64,000 bases of DNA from NCBI GenBank assembly GCA_013239625.1, contig MU054116.1, forward strand, positions 62,001 to 126,000, written 5' to 3'. Shown here piece by piece: positions 12,537 to 25,059 of this stretch. Made by a program: the position numbers and the translations under genes. Source of the stretch: Lama guanicoe (lineage: Eukaryota). Under the pieces are notes generated by a model that was not told the DNA's origin, did not search any database, and saw only the letters and a program-made list of their open reading frames with translations. Each line of letters begins with the position of its first letter. Position 1 is the first letter of the stretch.

Positions 12537-14014
12537 AATGTCAAAGACAGAACCACCAAGGACATGTTCGTTTGTTTCACTGAATTGAAAATTGTGTCAA
12601 TTCTTTTAAAAGGGAAATTCTATCATTTAGAAATATGTCCCTCTGCCAAAAACATCAGAGTATCAACTTTCCCAACAGACAGAGATCCTTATTTATTGTC
12701 AGCTTTGTAGTTACAGAGTAAAGAACAGATTTCCTGGGCTCAAAAGGAGGCAGGCTTTCTGCTGAAAAAATCTTCATCTTGTGTGGGAGGTGGAAGACAA
12801 CGAAAATTCTCCAACTGCAGAGCTTTCTATGAGTGTGAATCTGTGTTCCTAAGAATGCACAGAGCCCACCCACCTCTCTCCACCAGAAGAGATTCTTGTA
12901 TGACTTTTTTCACCCTTTGCAACTCAGGAGTTCAGCAAACATCTGAGGTTACGATGATCAGAGAAGTAGTTTTTATATTTTCTTTTCCTTTTTTGAACTC
13001 TAGAATGATGTTTTTTCCTGAGGAAAGTGTCTATACCAAAATAATGATATGATTTGTTATTTTAAAATTTTAGGAAATGTTTTAACAATCACTAATGAAG
13101 TGTGGCTTTTCAACATGAGTGGCAAGTAACAGGACAGTCACAGATAAGCTGTTTTTATGCATCAATACAATAAAGGTCATCTACACATAGTGGAATTTTA
13201 GAGGGACACACCTAGGTATTCTCTGCCATAACCTCACCTTCATTTTAAACAAAAACTCTGTAAAAAGTATGTAAATTTTACCTCCATTGAATGACTTTTT
13301 TGCTGATGTTTTATCAATTGGTGGTCCCATCTTCTAATAGTCTATCACATTTTAATGGAAACTCAATTTTTTAATCTCTATATCATTACCAATGTCAATT
13401 AATTTCATGCCAGTGTTCTTAAGAATGTGCAACATGAATGACTGAAGAAAATAGTGGTATTTTTGGAAGAAAAAATACTATTCCCAGTACATTCAGGCTC
13501 CCTGAGGTGCTTTGGCATTAGTTAGATGTCTGGAGCTGTGGTGATGAGAACTGAGGGGAGGTATCTGGGCTGCAGATACAGTTCATTTCTCTACCACCAT
13601 GGGAAATGCTGTGCTGTCCCTTTATGACCTTTAACCTGGTGTGGAGATGGGAGGGTAACTTGTGGGCAAACCGTTCCCTGTTCTTCCCTTATTCTGCTTT
13701 TCTATAACCTCTTTAGGCCAAACTATCAGACTAGGTACAAAGTGGGAGCTGATATCTGACTTTCCTAATTATTTGGAAGGGAATTATTTGAAGCAGCCAA
13801 GTGAAACTCTATGTAACCATTTAACTGAGACTGCTAGGCAAATGTCTTTTGATTCAGCAATGTAGTAAAATGACAAGGTATCCAGACAATGACTGAGGAT
13901 AGGAAATATGTGACTTAGCAGCTATGGAAGTAGTCAGAGAAAAGACCAAATATATAATACTTTTTGATCCAAGCAAAAAATTTCAAATGACTTTTTTTTA
14001 GTGTAGGACCGTAT

Positions 14015-14228
14015 CTGACATGTAGCCTTTTTTGTACTGCCAGAGAGCAGAGAATGATTTTTATATTTTAAAGAGCTTGTTTAAAAAAAATGAGAATAGG
14101 CAACAGAGACTACATATAGCATATATACTACGTATGTGCAATTTTTTATATCAATTATACCTGAATAAAGCTAAAACACAAAAGAATCTAATTGACTCTT
14201 GGTAGGAAAAAAATGCAGACCCCCATCT
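14015..14228 (+). mobile_element. Probable MER58B-like hAT DNA transposon remnant
   Basis: gccttttttgtactgccagagagcagagaatgatttttatatttaaa...gcaacagagactacatatagc...aggaaaaaaatgcagacccc resembles MER58B. Confidence 0.45.
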
Positions 14229-15144
14229 GGGATTACATACTTACATTAAAGAATGCACCATAAAAGAGAATGGTAATTTCACTAAATGAGAAAACAGACT
14301 GCTTGTTCTGAGTCAGAAGAGTACATAGAAAATTTATGAGTCTTACAACAAACATACTCATTGCGCTCTTGATACACTTCGAACAGGGCTAGCTAGCTGC
14401 CGTGGCATCTCAATGAACAAAGGCACAGCCCAACCTCAACAAAATTACTGTCACCTATTTCGTGGTAAGAAAGAGATAAGCACAATGTGCTAGCCGGGCA
14501 AAGAGGAGAAGCTGATAACTTAGACAACGAAGTTTCAAGAAACTTTTTCTCAGGAAATGACACTAAGCCAAAACTTGGAAAACATACCCGTTTTGGTCAA
14601 GCGAAGGTGAGGACAGGGGTGGGAAGCTCCGAGAACAGAGTTGCGACCGGAAACAGGCGCCACTCGCACTCGTAGCCATGTTGGTCTGGTTTGTGGAAAG
14701 TGAGTGCCCCTCTCCGAGAGAAGCGTTCCGAAGAGCTGTCTGAGAGGTGACTTCCCGTTCTAAATACTGACATCATCATCACACGAGGGTATCTCTCTGG
14801 GGCAAAAACTCCAAGCACTTCGGTTCTTCCTGGTCGAAATTACAATTCTCATTTTTAGGTAACAAAACCTAGGCAATTCAGATATTGCTAATCAGTATGA
14901 ATCCATAATTTCAACTGTAAATGTTATTTTCAAATGATATCCTACATACTTATAGATAGAAAAATCCGTATCACCACAAAAATTTGGCTGAAGCAGCACA
15001 GACGACTGGAGGGGAGAACACATATACGAGGCAAATTGTCCACGGGAAGACTTGCCCCAACATGCCGCCTAGCAGATGGAAAGGGCTCAGCAACTGCTGT
15101 TTGGTTTTTGGATTTTCTTTCTTTTGTTATTTTTTCTTTTCCGG

Positions 15145-15313
15145 TAAATTTTAAATTATGAAATAATTTTATACTTACTGAAGAGTTGTAAAAACAGTGC
15201 AGTCAGTTCCCAGGTATCCTTCATCCAGCTCTCCCTAATGTTAGCATCCTGCATAATCCTAGCGCAATTACTAACACCGTATACAAATTCTAATAACTAA
15301 AGAACAGATTTTA
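15145..15313 (-). mobile_element. Old L1MC4-like 3' end, left part (interrupted by the GC-rich insert)
   Basis: aattatgaaataattttatacttactgaagagttgtaaaaacagt...ctccctaatgttagcatc...ctaataactaaagaacag. Its continuation appears at 17685-17870. Confidence 0.65.
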
Positions 15314-15582
15314 GGGCGGCTCTAGGCCGTGGCCAGGCCGGGAAAGGCGGCTCAAACGCCGCCGACGCCGCCGCAGCTGCAGCCACAAGTCTCGCGCTCT
15401 CTCTGGCGCCCCCCCCGCCGGCTCGGCGGCGCCGAGGCCGCATCTGTACTGGAGATCCCAGCCCCGGAGGACTGAGCATGCGCAGCGCGCTTGCCGCCCT
15501 CGCTGCTGTCTGCGAGTCCCTGGAGGCGCTTAGAGGAGAGCACTTGCCACTTTGACTTGGGGGGGATCTCCGAGGAGAAAAA
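15314..15582 (+). other. GC/CpG-rich insert (CpG-island-like; probable 5' end of a retrocopy of an unidentified gene)
   Basis: About 270 bp with roughly 29 CpGs (counted by eye), GCC repeats and an NRF1-like TGAGCATGCGCA at 15473-15484. Abrupt boundaries inside an old L1MC4-like element in an otherwise AT-rich region. Confidence 0.7.
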
Positions 15583-17145
15583 TGATAACTTGGAATTGGC
15601 ATGTCTACTTGGTCTCGGTCAACCTGTGTCTCACCCTGTCTCCCCTTGTCTTTTATGACCTTGAAAGGACAAATAATTGAGGTTAAATTTTTCAGGGTTT
15701 TTTTTTTCCCCGCGTATAGCCAATAATTTCTTTACCCAATGCTGTAGTGTGTAAGTTGTTTATGTAGTACTTATCAAACACTATGTTCTATCAGAACGAA
15801 AATAGAGGGAAAGTCTGTTACTGATATGGAAACTTAGAGATAAATAGCAAAACTGGAAAGCAATGGCTGTTACTCGAATAAATCTGATACCAAAAGCAAA
15901 TTACAGTGAAATAACCTCTTTGGTCGTTGCAGTAGAAGCAAACGTTCATATACTGCACACATGGCCTATAGGCTCTATATAAAATGTCAAACTCAGCCAT
16001 TTATTTGCATTTAACGGGAACCAACACTTCAGGCCATTTCTGAGTTCATTCAGCCTTATGATTGGTGAAGAATTATTAGGAGCAAAAGGACATTATAATA
16101 TCCACAAAACTGTACCACACAGATGATACTTCCTAATTGTATAGCCAAATATATTTCAGAAAATAAATGGAAGAATTTAGATTAATTGAAAAACAGACAT
16201 GTGAGAGCATGCAAGACGGTGAAAATAATGGATTGCAGTACAAACTTATTTCAGAAGAATGTAATCTTAAGACCTATAATGCACATCAGAAAAACTGAGA
16301 ATTCCAGAGTTTGGGTGGGTCATTAGCAACTCAAGGAAGAAAATGACTATTCCTTACATTGATTGGATTTTTTTTAACCCAAAGGCTATGGCCTCATTAT
16401 TTCATACAAGTTTTCTCAATTCAGTGTCACTTGAGTTTGTGAGGAGTTTGAGAAGTACAAATAAGCAATGAGAAACTGTACATCATTACCCACATTCATA
16501 CTTCTGGGACTGACAGATGATCCTCATATGCAGATTCTGATTTTTATATTTCTGTTTGTCTCCTACACATTGAGTATAACTGGGAACCTGACCATCATTA
16601 TACTCACTTTAGTAGATTCTCACCTTAAAACTGCCATGTACTTTTTCCTCAAAAACTTCTCCTTTTTAGAAACCTTATTCACCACCGTCTGCATTCCCAG
16701 ATTCTTATACAGCTTATCAACTGGGGACAAGACTATTTCCTATAATACTTGTGTTGCCCAACTATTTTTTGTCTTCCTTTTTGGAACAGCAGGATTTTTC
16801 CTCCTGGCCATCATGTCCTACGACCGCTATGTGGCCATCTGCAAACCTTTACATTATGTAACTATCATGAACAGCAGAGTCTGTGGATGGCTTGTTACCT
16901 GCTGCTGGATAGCAGGGTTTGGGGTCATATTTCCACCAGTTTGCCTGGGCTTAAACCTGGAATTCTGTGACTATAATATTATTGACCATTTTCTCTGTGA
17001 TGCTTCTCCTATGCTAAAGCTCACTAGTTCAGACACATGGTTCATAGAACAGATGGTTGTTGCCCTTGCTGTGTTGACCGACGTCATGACACTTCTGTGT
17101 GTAGTTATGTCCTATATATACATCATCAAGACCATCATAAAGTTC
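15583..17145 (+). repeat. Near-identical copy of 17754-19319 (allelic or false duplication across a gap, or very recent tandem duplication)
   Basis: By eye, about 6 substitutions, homopolymer length differences and one 5-bp indel over about 1.56 kb. The copies lie either side of a 495-N gap. Confidence 0.9.
16468..17145 (+). CDS. Olfactory receptor OR6C-like, partial (runs into assembly gap); duplicate or allele of 18642-19580
   Basis: 226 open codons identical to the 18642 ORF except Gly106 (GGA at 16783) versus Arg106 (AGA at 18957). Confidence 0.8.
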
Positions 17146-17640
17146 NNNNNNNNNNNNNNNNNNNNNNNNNNNNNNNNNNNNNNNNNNNNNNNNNNNNNNN
17201 NNNNNNNNNNNNNNNNNNNNNNNNNNNNNNNNNNNNNNNNNNNNNNNNNNNNNNNNNNNNNNNNNNNNNNNNNNNNNNNNNNNNNNNNNNNNNNNNNNNN
17301 NNNNNNNNNNNNNNNNNNNNNNNNNNNNNNNNNNNNNNNNNNNNNNNNNNNNNNNNNNNNNNNNNNNNNNNNNNNNNNNNNNNNNNNNNNNNNNNNNNNN
17401 NNNNNNNNNNNNNNNNNNNNNNNNNNNNNNNNNNNNNNNNNNNNNNNNNNNNNNNNNNNNNNNNNNNNNNNNNNNNNNNNNNNNNNNNNNNNNNNNNNNN
17501 NNNNNNNNNNNNNNNNNNNNNNNNNNNNNNNNNNNNNNNNNNNNNNNNNNNNNNNNNNNNNNNNNNNNNNNNNNNNNNNNNNNNNNNNNNNNNNNNNNNN
17601 NNNNNNNNNNNNNNNNNNNNNNNNNNNNNNNNNNNNNNNN
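17146..17640. other. Assembly gap (495 N)
   Basis: Run of N. Confidence 1.
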
Positions 17641-17684
17641 TTTTTTTGGAAAAAATTAGATAAAGTAAATTAATTTAATTAAAT

Positions 17685-17870
17685 ACAGGCTCTATTTGAA
17701 TTTTCCCAGCTTTTCGACTAACGTCATTTTTCTGTTGCAGGATGCAATTCGAGTGATAACTTGACAAGGAATTGGCATGTCTACTTGGTCTCGGTCAACC
17801 TGTGTCTCACCCTGTCTCCCCTTGTCTTTTATGACCTTGAAAGGACAAATAATTGAGGTTAAATTTTTCA
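17685..17870 (-). mobile_element. Old L1MC4-like 3' end, right part
   Basis: acaggctctatttgaattttcccagcttttcgactaacgtcatttttctgttgcaggatgcaat...catgtctacttggtctc...ttgtcttttatgaccttga continues the fragment at 15145-15313. Confidence 0.6.
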
Positions 17871-18641
17871 GGGTTTTTTTTTTCCCGCGTATAGCCAATA
17901 ATTTCTTTACCCAATGCTGTAGTGTGTAAGTTGTTTATGTAGTACTTATCAAACACTATGTTCTATCAGAACGAAAATAGAGAGAAAGTCTGTTACTGAT
18001 ATGGAAACTTGGAGATAAATAGCAAAACTGGAAAGCAATGGCTGTTACTCAAATAAGTCTGATACCAAAAGCAAATTACAGTGAAATAACCTCTTTGGTC
18101 GTTGCAGTAGAAGCAAACGTTCATATACTGCACACATGGCCTATAGGCTCTATATAAAATGTCAAACTCAGCCATTTATTTGCATTTAACGGGAACCAAC
18201 ACTTCAGGCCATTTCTGAGTTCATTCAGCCTTATGATTGGTGAAGAATTATTAGGAGCAAAAGGACATTATAATATCCACAAAACTGTACCACACAGATG
18301 ATACTTCCTAATTCTATAGCCAAATATATTTCAGAAAATAAATGGAAGAATTTAGATTAATTGAAAAACAGACATGTGAGAGCATGCAAGACGGTGAAAA
18401 TAATGGATTGCAGTACAAACTTATTTCAGAAGAATGTAATCTTAAGACCTATAATGCACATCAGAAAAACTGAGAATTCCAGAGTTTGGGTGGGTCATTA
18501 GCAACTCAAGGAAGAAAATGACTATTCCTTACATTGATTGGATTTTTTTTACCCAAAGGCTATGGCCTCATTATTTCATACAAGTTTTCTCAATTCAGTG
18601 TCACTTGAGTTTGTGAGGAGTTTGAGAAGTACAAATAAGCA

Positions 18642-19580
18642 ATGAGAAACTGTACATCATTACCCACATTCATACTTCTGGGACTGACAGATGATCCTCA
18701 TATGCAGATTCTGATTTTTATATTTCTGTTTGTCTCCTACACATTGAGTATAACTGGGAACCTGACCATCATTATACTCACTTTAGTAGATTCTCACCTT
18801 AAAACTGCCATGTACTTTTTCCTCAAAAACTTCTCCTTTTTAGAAACCTTATTCACCACCGTCTGCATTCCCAGATTCTTATACAGCTTATCAACTGGGG
18901 ACAAGACTATTTCCTATAATACTTGTGTTGCCCAACTATTTTTTGTCTTCCTTTTTAGAACAGCAGGATTTTTCCTCCTGGCCATCATGTCCTACGACCG
19001 CTATGTGGCCATCTGCAAACCTTTACATTATGTAACTATCATGAACAGCAGAGTCTGTGGATGGCTTGTTACCTGCTGCTGGATAGCAGGGTTTGGGGTC
19101 ATATTTCCACCAGTTTGCCTGGGCTTAAACCTGGAATTCTGTGACTATAATATTATTGACCATTTTCTCTGTGATGCTTCTCCTATGCTAAAGCTCACTA
19201 GTTCAGACACATGGTTCATAGAACAGATGGTTGTTGCCCTTGCTGTGTTGACCGACGTCATGACACTTCTGTGTGTAGTTATGTCCTATATATACATCAT
19301 CAAGACCATCATAAAGTTCCCTTCTGCCCAGCAAAAGAGGAAGGCCTTTTCTACCTGCTCTTCTCACATGATTGTGGTTTCTATCACCTATGGCAGTTGT
19401 ATCTTCATCTATATCAAACCTTCAGCAAAGGATGAAGTAGTAATTAACAAGTGGGTGTTTCTGCTTACTACTTCCGTTGCCCCCATGTTAAACCCATTTA
19501 TTTATACTCTAAGGAACAAGCAAGTGAAACAAGCTTTTACAGATTTAATCAAAAGAATTTCACTGATCTCAGAGAAGTAA
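18642..19580 (+). CDS. Olfactory receptor, family 6 subfamily C (OR6C2-like), intact 312 aa
   Basis: Full ORF with [24 protein letters not shown] and [12 protein letters not shown], and an NCT glycosylation site. Candidate acceptor ttttctcaattcAG at 18597-18598. Several unusual residues (see findings). Confidence 0.92.
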   Translation: MRNCTSLPTFILLGLTDDPHMQILIFIFLFVSYTLSITGNLTIIILTLVDSHLKTAMYFFLKNFSFLETLFTTVCIPRFLYSLSTGDKTISYNTCVAQLFFVFLFRTAGFFLLAIMSYDRYVAICKPLHYVTIMNSRVCGWLVTCCWIAGFGVIFPPVCLGLNLEFCDYNIIDHFLCDASPMLKLTSSDTWFIEQMVVALAVLTDVMTLLCVVMSYIYIIKTIIKFPSAQQKRKAFSTCSSHMIVVSITYGSCIFIYIKPSAKDEVVINKWVFLLTTSVAPMLNPFIYTLRNKQVKQAFTDLIKRISLISEK

Positions 19581-20744
19581 TGGAATGTTGAAATTGAGCA
19601 TAAAATGTAAAAAGAGCAGTGAACCTTAAGGTCATAACAGTTCTTAACTATTGTACCCTTGTCTATTGTCTGCTTATATTAACATGCTTGTACCACTATT
19701 ATTATTGAATTTTGGACCCCAAATCATCATTTCAATGATTCTTGAAATAAGCAAGTTGAGTGTTTTCAACTCTTGTTGAAAACAAACTTTCTCCAAGATG
19801 ACATCTCCTATCAAGAGAACATGAAATTAGATTTCCAGGAACAGGAACTTACCTAAACTATAACCCAACCTTGATCAATAGAAGCATTATTAAATCTTAT
19901 GTAGAAAAAAAAATGAACCCTTGAACTACAGGAAAATAATGGAGCAATAATATCCATTTTTAAAAAAGCAAATGTCAAAAAAAGCATATATACAATTACA
20001 ATTATTTTTCTCAAATAGGAATAAGATTTTTTTCAAAAAAATGAGTTAGTTTGAGCAAAAAGGAATGGATTTTAATACTGGAGAGGAAAACATATGAGTT
20101 TAGACACCTGGAAATCCACGTCTACCTTGTAAAAGAAACTTTAAAGACCAAAGATTTAGAATTTAGATTCACTGGATTCTCTAAAGTGAAAGAGCACAGC
20201 CTCTACATTAATTCATCAACCAGGTGGCAGTGTTCTGATAAAATCTACTGAGCCAATGAAACCATCTTTATGATGACAAAGCAAGACTAGTGCTGAATAC
20301 ATAATATAATGCAAGTCCTAAATATATCTAAATTAAGCCAACAGGAGCCAGCAAATCTCAGCAAATAATAGTCCTAGACATCAAGAAAATTAAACTAGCA
20401 AAATACATGGAAGCCTTGGGTTACAGACAAGGAATCCAATATGAAATCACAATTGTTTCATCAAAGATTATCTTCAACACTGGAAAAAACATAAGGTGTG
20501 ACCTTCACTAATATTTCTCAAAGAAGGATTTTCTACATTTGGTTATTTTATTCCTTACCATCGTTCACATTTCTCACCATAAACCTCCATGATCCAGACT
20601 GGAATGTTTTTGACATTCATTTCTAGACTTGTGCTCAAGGTGTCACCTCTTACAAAGATTTTCTTCCCTGAATCCGTGCCTAGCCCTCTTAGTACTCTTG
20701 GCCTGTTTGGAACCCCTTGTATAGGCACCTGTCACATTCTACAG

Positions 20745-21200
20745 TTAGTTATTATGAGATAACAAATCATCCCCCAAATCGGTGGTTTAAAACTTGAGTT
20801 TCTGGGTCAACTGGGTGTTTCTGCCCATTTGAGCAGACATCAGCTGATCGCGGCTGGTTTGGTCACAAGATTGTCACTATGGATGACTGGGTCTTGCTGT
20901 CTAGTAAGGCCTCATTCACAAATTTATAAGCTGAATGACTCCTTACTACGATAACTAAATTATCTTCCAAATAGTGCTCTATCTGCTAGCTTAACCATAG
21001 TTCCCATGGTAAGACCATGGGGCTCCAGGGGAGAGTGGAAGCATGCAAGGACTCCAGATCGTAGGCACAATATCCTATCTATTACACACATTCAATTAGC
21101 CAAGATTCAGGGAGAAAAATAAAATTACTTATACATAGAAGGAGCTAGAGAGACATTGCAGACGGTGTGAACAGAAAGGGAGGGAGCCAGGTTTGCTATC
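20745..21200 (-). mobile_element. Old MaLR LTR (MLT1-like) remnant
   Basis: ataacaaatcatcccccaaatcggtggtttaaaac...gagagtggaagcatgcaagg...cacattcaattagccaagattcagggag. Confidence 0.55.
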
Positions 21201-21556
21201 CATCTTCCACAGGCAATATGCTTCCCCTATATTTCATAATTCTGTTTTGTCTATTGTGTCTTCAGTATACTAGAAAGATGACAAGAAGGATGGATGAACA
21301 TAGAAGGAGGACAAGGGAGGGAAGCTTATATGTAGTCTTCCATGTAATACATACCATGGTTCATTGGAGAAAGCACACTAATCCACAACAAAAAACAAAG
21401 AAACAGAGAAAAATCTTCTTTTAAGCTGAAACAGAGACTCCACATTCTGGTCAAGATTCTTTTAGAGTGAATACAAATTATATATTATGTATTAGCATTT
21501 TGACAAAGACGAACTTGTTAACCAAAAGCATAGCATTATTTTAACTGCACCAAATC

Positions 21557-21979
21557 TTTTTTTTTTATTATTTTTTTAATTGAAGTATACTCAGTTTATA
21601 ATGTGTCAAGATCTGGTGTACAGAATAATATTTCAATCATACATATACACATATATATTCTTTTTCGTATTCTTTTTCATTACAAGTTACTATAAGATAT
21701 TGCATACAGTTACCTGTGCTATACAGGATAAACTTCTTGTATATCTATTTTATATATAGTAGTTAGTATCTGCAACTCTCGAATTCCCAATTTATCACTT
21801 CTCACCCCCTTTCATCCTGGTAAGTTTGCTTTGTACGTCTGTGAGTCTGTTTCTGTTCTGTAAATAAGTTCCTTTGTGTCTTGTTTTTCTTAGATTCCAT
21901 ACATCAGTGATACCATATGGTATTTTTCTTTCTCTTTCTGGCTTACTTCACTTAGAATACAATCTCCAGGTCCAGCCAT
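21557..21979 (-). mobile_element. 5'-truncated young LINE-1 3' UTR
   Basis: Poly-T start, then ttgaagtatactcagtttataatgtg...tctggcttacttcacttagaat. Reverse complement of the L1 3' ends at 5304-5923 and 52100-52560. Confidence 0.85.
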
Positions 21980-24654
21980 AATCTCACTAAGATTTTAACC
22001 ATACAAATACAAAAAAAAATTCTCTTTATTGAGTTTTATGAAAATGTCTTAGTATTTCACAAAAGTCTGAAGACCTTATAAGATATATGATTAAATAAAT
22101 TCACTGATGAATATAGGTAGACTATTCACATAGAATCTTAAAAAATAGTCAAAACTTACTACTATGATCAAGATTTACTTCAATAATATAGGAGTAGAGA
22201 TAGATCATAGATAAACAAATGATAGAGATATAGAGAAATGTATACAGATATCGAAATGTGTATATATATTTGTGTGTACATATCCATATATATGAAATAT
22301 AGCCAAATTTTGTTCAACACAAAAAGGAGGAAACTCATATATGGATTTTGATTAATTGATTAAATGATCACTGGAAAAGAATCATTAATCTCTCCCAATA
22401 AATTTAAAGGAAAATAGGAATATGATGAACTACTAAAACAATATTAAAATTTTTAAGGAACTAAAAATTTTTAAATTTTATTGTATCCTGTATTCACCTT
22501 AATTAAAATCAAGAAACAAACAAAAAAGGGGGATACTCACTTTCATCATTGATATTCAACATTCAATTGCCATCTTGAAAAGGCAGTAAGATAAATAAAA
22601 CAGTTGGGATTATTATCAAAATGAAGCTACGAAATTATATAGTTAGAAATTATGAAAGCTGTATTTTTCAAGTTTTTACATCTTTGAAAGGTAGATGTGC
22701 CTTCTTAAAATTGTGCATATTTTAATTACTAACATTTTTCATAAAATACATAAAAGTACTTAAAATAACGACAGATACTTAATTAGAATGAAATACAATA
22801 TTTTCTTTCTGATAGTTATTATATACTTAGAAAACAATAAAATCTAACAGGAAACTAATAAACCTAATAAGAACATTTAGTAACTTGGATGAAGAAAGAA
22901 TACATGCAAACGAAAGTCCACTGACAATATTTATAGTAGCAATAGGACCCTACAAATCAAAACAATCATTATGACAGCCAAGCAATAGATCCTGTTATGG
23001 GTTCGATGCATTACATTATAAAATATCAATTTGCCCACTCTTAATGTATAAAGTTAACACAATTCTAATTAGAATCACCTTTCAAATTTTTTCTAATTGC
23101 ACAAATTATCTTTAAATGAGAATGGAAGAATTAAATCTCGTGAATGTAAAACACATAAATGAGAAATAAATATTAGTGAATAGAAACTTACTTTATATAA
23201 TATTAAAACTTATTATAAATCAAGGATTTCAAATTGATATGATATTGGAATAAGAAAAGATAAAACATTTAGCAGAACATTTGAAATCATGAAAGTATAG
23301 AATAATCACCTTTATTTTATCTAAAGGTTTATTCTGCTTGATATATAAAAGTGTGATATTTATAGTTCATTAGGAAAATCATACTTTAATAATTACTTTA
23401 GTCACTAAAAACATCACAAATAAAAATGTTTTATTTTTTACTCATACAGCAAACAGGTTACATTCTAAATGGTTTAAAACTATAAGTATAAAAATAAACT
23501 AGTAAAACCTTATTAGAAAACATACAAGGCCAAATAATATAAAGGAGTAAGAAATTTTCTTATTTAAAAAGTTTAAAGGCAGAAAATGACAAAAGGCACC
23601 TACTTGATTACTTCTGTACTAACCATTTTGACTGACAAAAGATACCAGTGAAAAATTCATAAGTCAAATAATAATGTTGAAACTAAATGGATAACACTGA
23701 CAAAATGATTTCTAAAGAATACAAAGAGCTTTAATAAGCGAATAAAAGTGAAAAAATCTAAATATAAATAAGCAAAAATCAGAAATAAGCCTTTTAGAGA
23801 ATACTAAATCCTATTTAGTAAAGAATATATGATTGTCAACTTCTCTTACAATCAGTCTAATGTCAAAAAATGTATACTCAGGTAGAAATTTATACCAATC
23901 AAACTGTCAGTTTTAAAAGCACCCTCGCATCTGTTGGTGAAAAGATCAGAAGCAAAAGTCTATTTTCTTGTAGTGTATGTAGAAATTTAAATTGCTAAAG
24001 CTTTTAGGCAAACAATTAAAAAATTCCCAGTTTGAAAGTATACTTTGAAATGGCAAGTCATTTCTGCAATTCGGTCTCATATAAATTAAAGCACCATTCT
24101 GAAAGGACACACAGTATTAAAAGCATAATATGATAAAGAGACAGAGCATGGAAAGCAGCATTTCTATGCCAAAAAATAAAACTCAAAGCAAAATGAAACC
24201 CCATCAATTAATGGAATGCCATGCATCTATTAAGCATAAATATATTACAGTTACGTTATTTGATCTGGAGTAATTTCTGCGAATTTTTTTTTGAAAAGAG
24301 GGAAAAGGTAGAAAAGTACATTTAATATAATCAAGTTTTCATAATGGAAATCTTGGCAAAAACCAGTATGTGTACATAATATATGTGCATATATATGTAT
24401 ATTGATAGATATATGTGCATAAAATATACATATAATAGAGACAAATATATTTATCTGTACATATTTATTCATATCAAATTTTTAGTATGGATAAAGTTAA
24501 CTATGTTTACTGGGAAAACTAAACTAAAAAAAATACTAAACACTAAATAAATGAACCAAAACCAAAAAAGCAAACAAAAATGCACCTTACTGGAGAAATA
24601 GTTATTGGAAGGTTTGAAACAGGAAAGCAAGAGAGGAGCCTAGAAGGCCTTATT

Positions 24655-25058
24655 GTGCTAGTGTTGGCAGGACCAGGTTGCTCACGGCCTGCACATTCCA
24701 AGAAAGATCTGTGTCAAGACTGGCCCTTGATTACCTGCTGGGAGATAACCTCTGAGCCCTTAGAACACTCTGCCTGATCAGAGTGGTTTTTCATCCCCTG
24801 AGGCTCTGGCCATCCTGTATCAGTTTGGCCTCTGGGGCACTGGAGACTGTACAGCCATGGTCAGTCCTGGGGGCCCTGCAGACCTGTGTGACTGACCACC
24901 AGTAAAACCCCTGGGCCCCAAGGCTCAGGTGAGCTTCCCTAGCCAGCTGGACTTTGCACGTGTGGTCACACATTGTTGCTGGAGAATTAAGTTCTTCCCT
25001 ATGTGATTTCACTGAGAGGGGACTTCTGAAAGCTTGTGCCTGATTTCTCCTGGACCTG
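24655..25058 (+). mobile_element. ERVL LTR, MER77-like
   Basis: ggttgctcacggcctgcacattcc...ctgggagataacctctgagccctt...ccagtaaaacccctgggccccaaggctcaggtgagcttccct. Paralogous copy at about 39135-39540. Confidence 0.7.
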
Positions 25059-25059
25059 T

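Noticed and set aside
15582..15600. ATGATAACTTGGAATT resembling starts such as STAG1 (MITSEL) or PSMD1 (MITSAA)
   Set aside because: These bases are shared with the L1MC4-like flank at 17754-17775 and the upstream sequence does not match what I recall of those 5' UTRs, so no parent gene is assigned.
15297..15602. 101-aa minus-strand Ala/Arg/Pro-rich ORF, and the 63-aa ORF at 15352-15543, over the GC insert
   Set aside because: Open frames are expected in GC-rich DNA, the longer one crosses the insert boundaries into old L1 sequence, and I recognise no domain.
16468..17673. 401-aa ORF in the ORF track
   Set aside because: The length is an artefact of translating through 495 Ns; only 226 codons are real.
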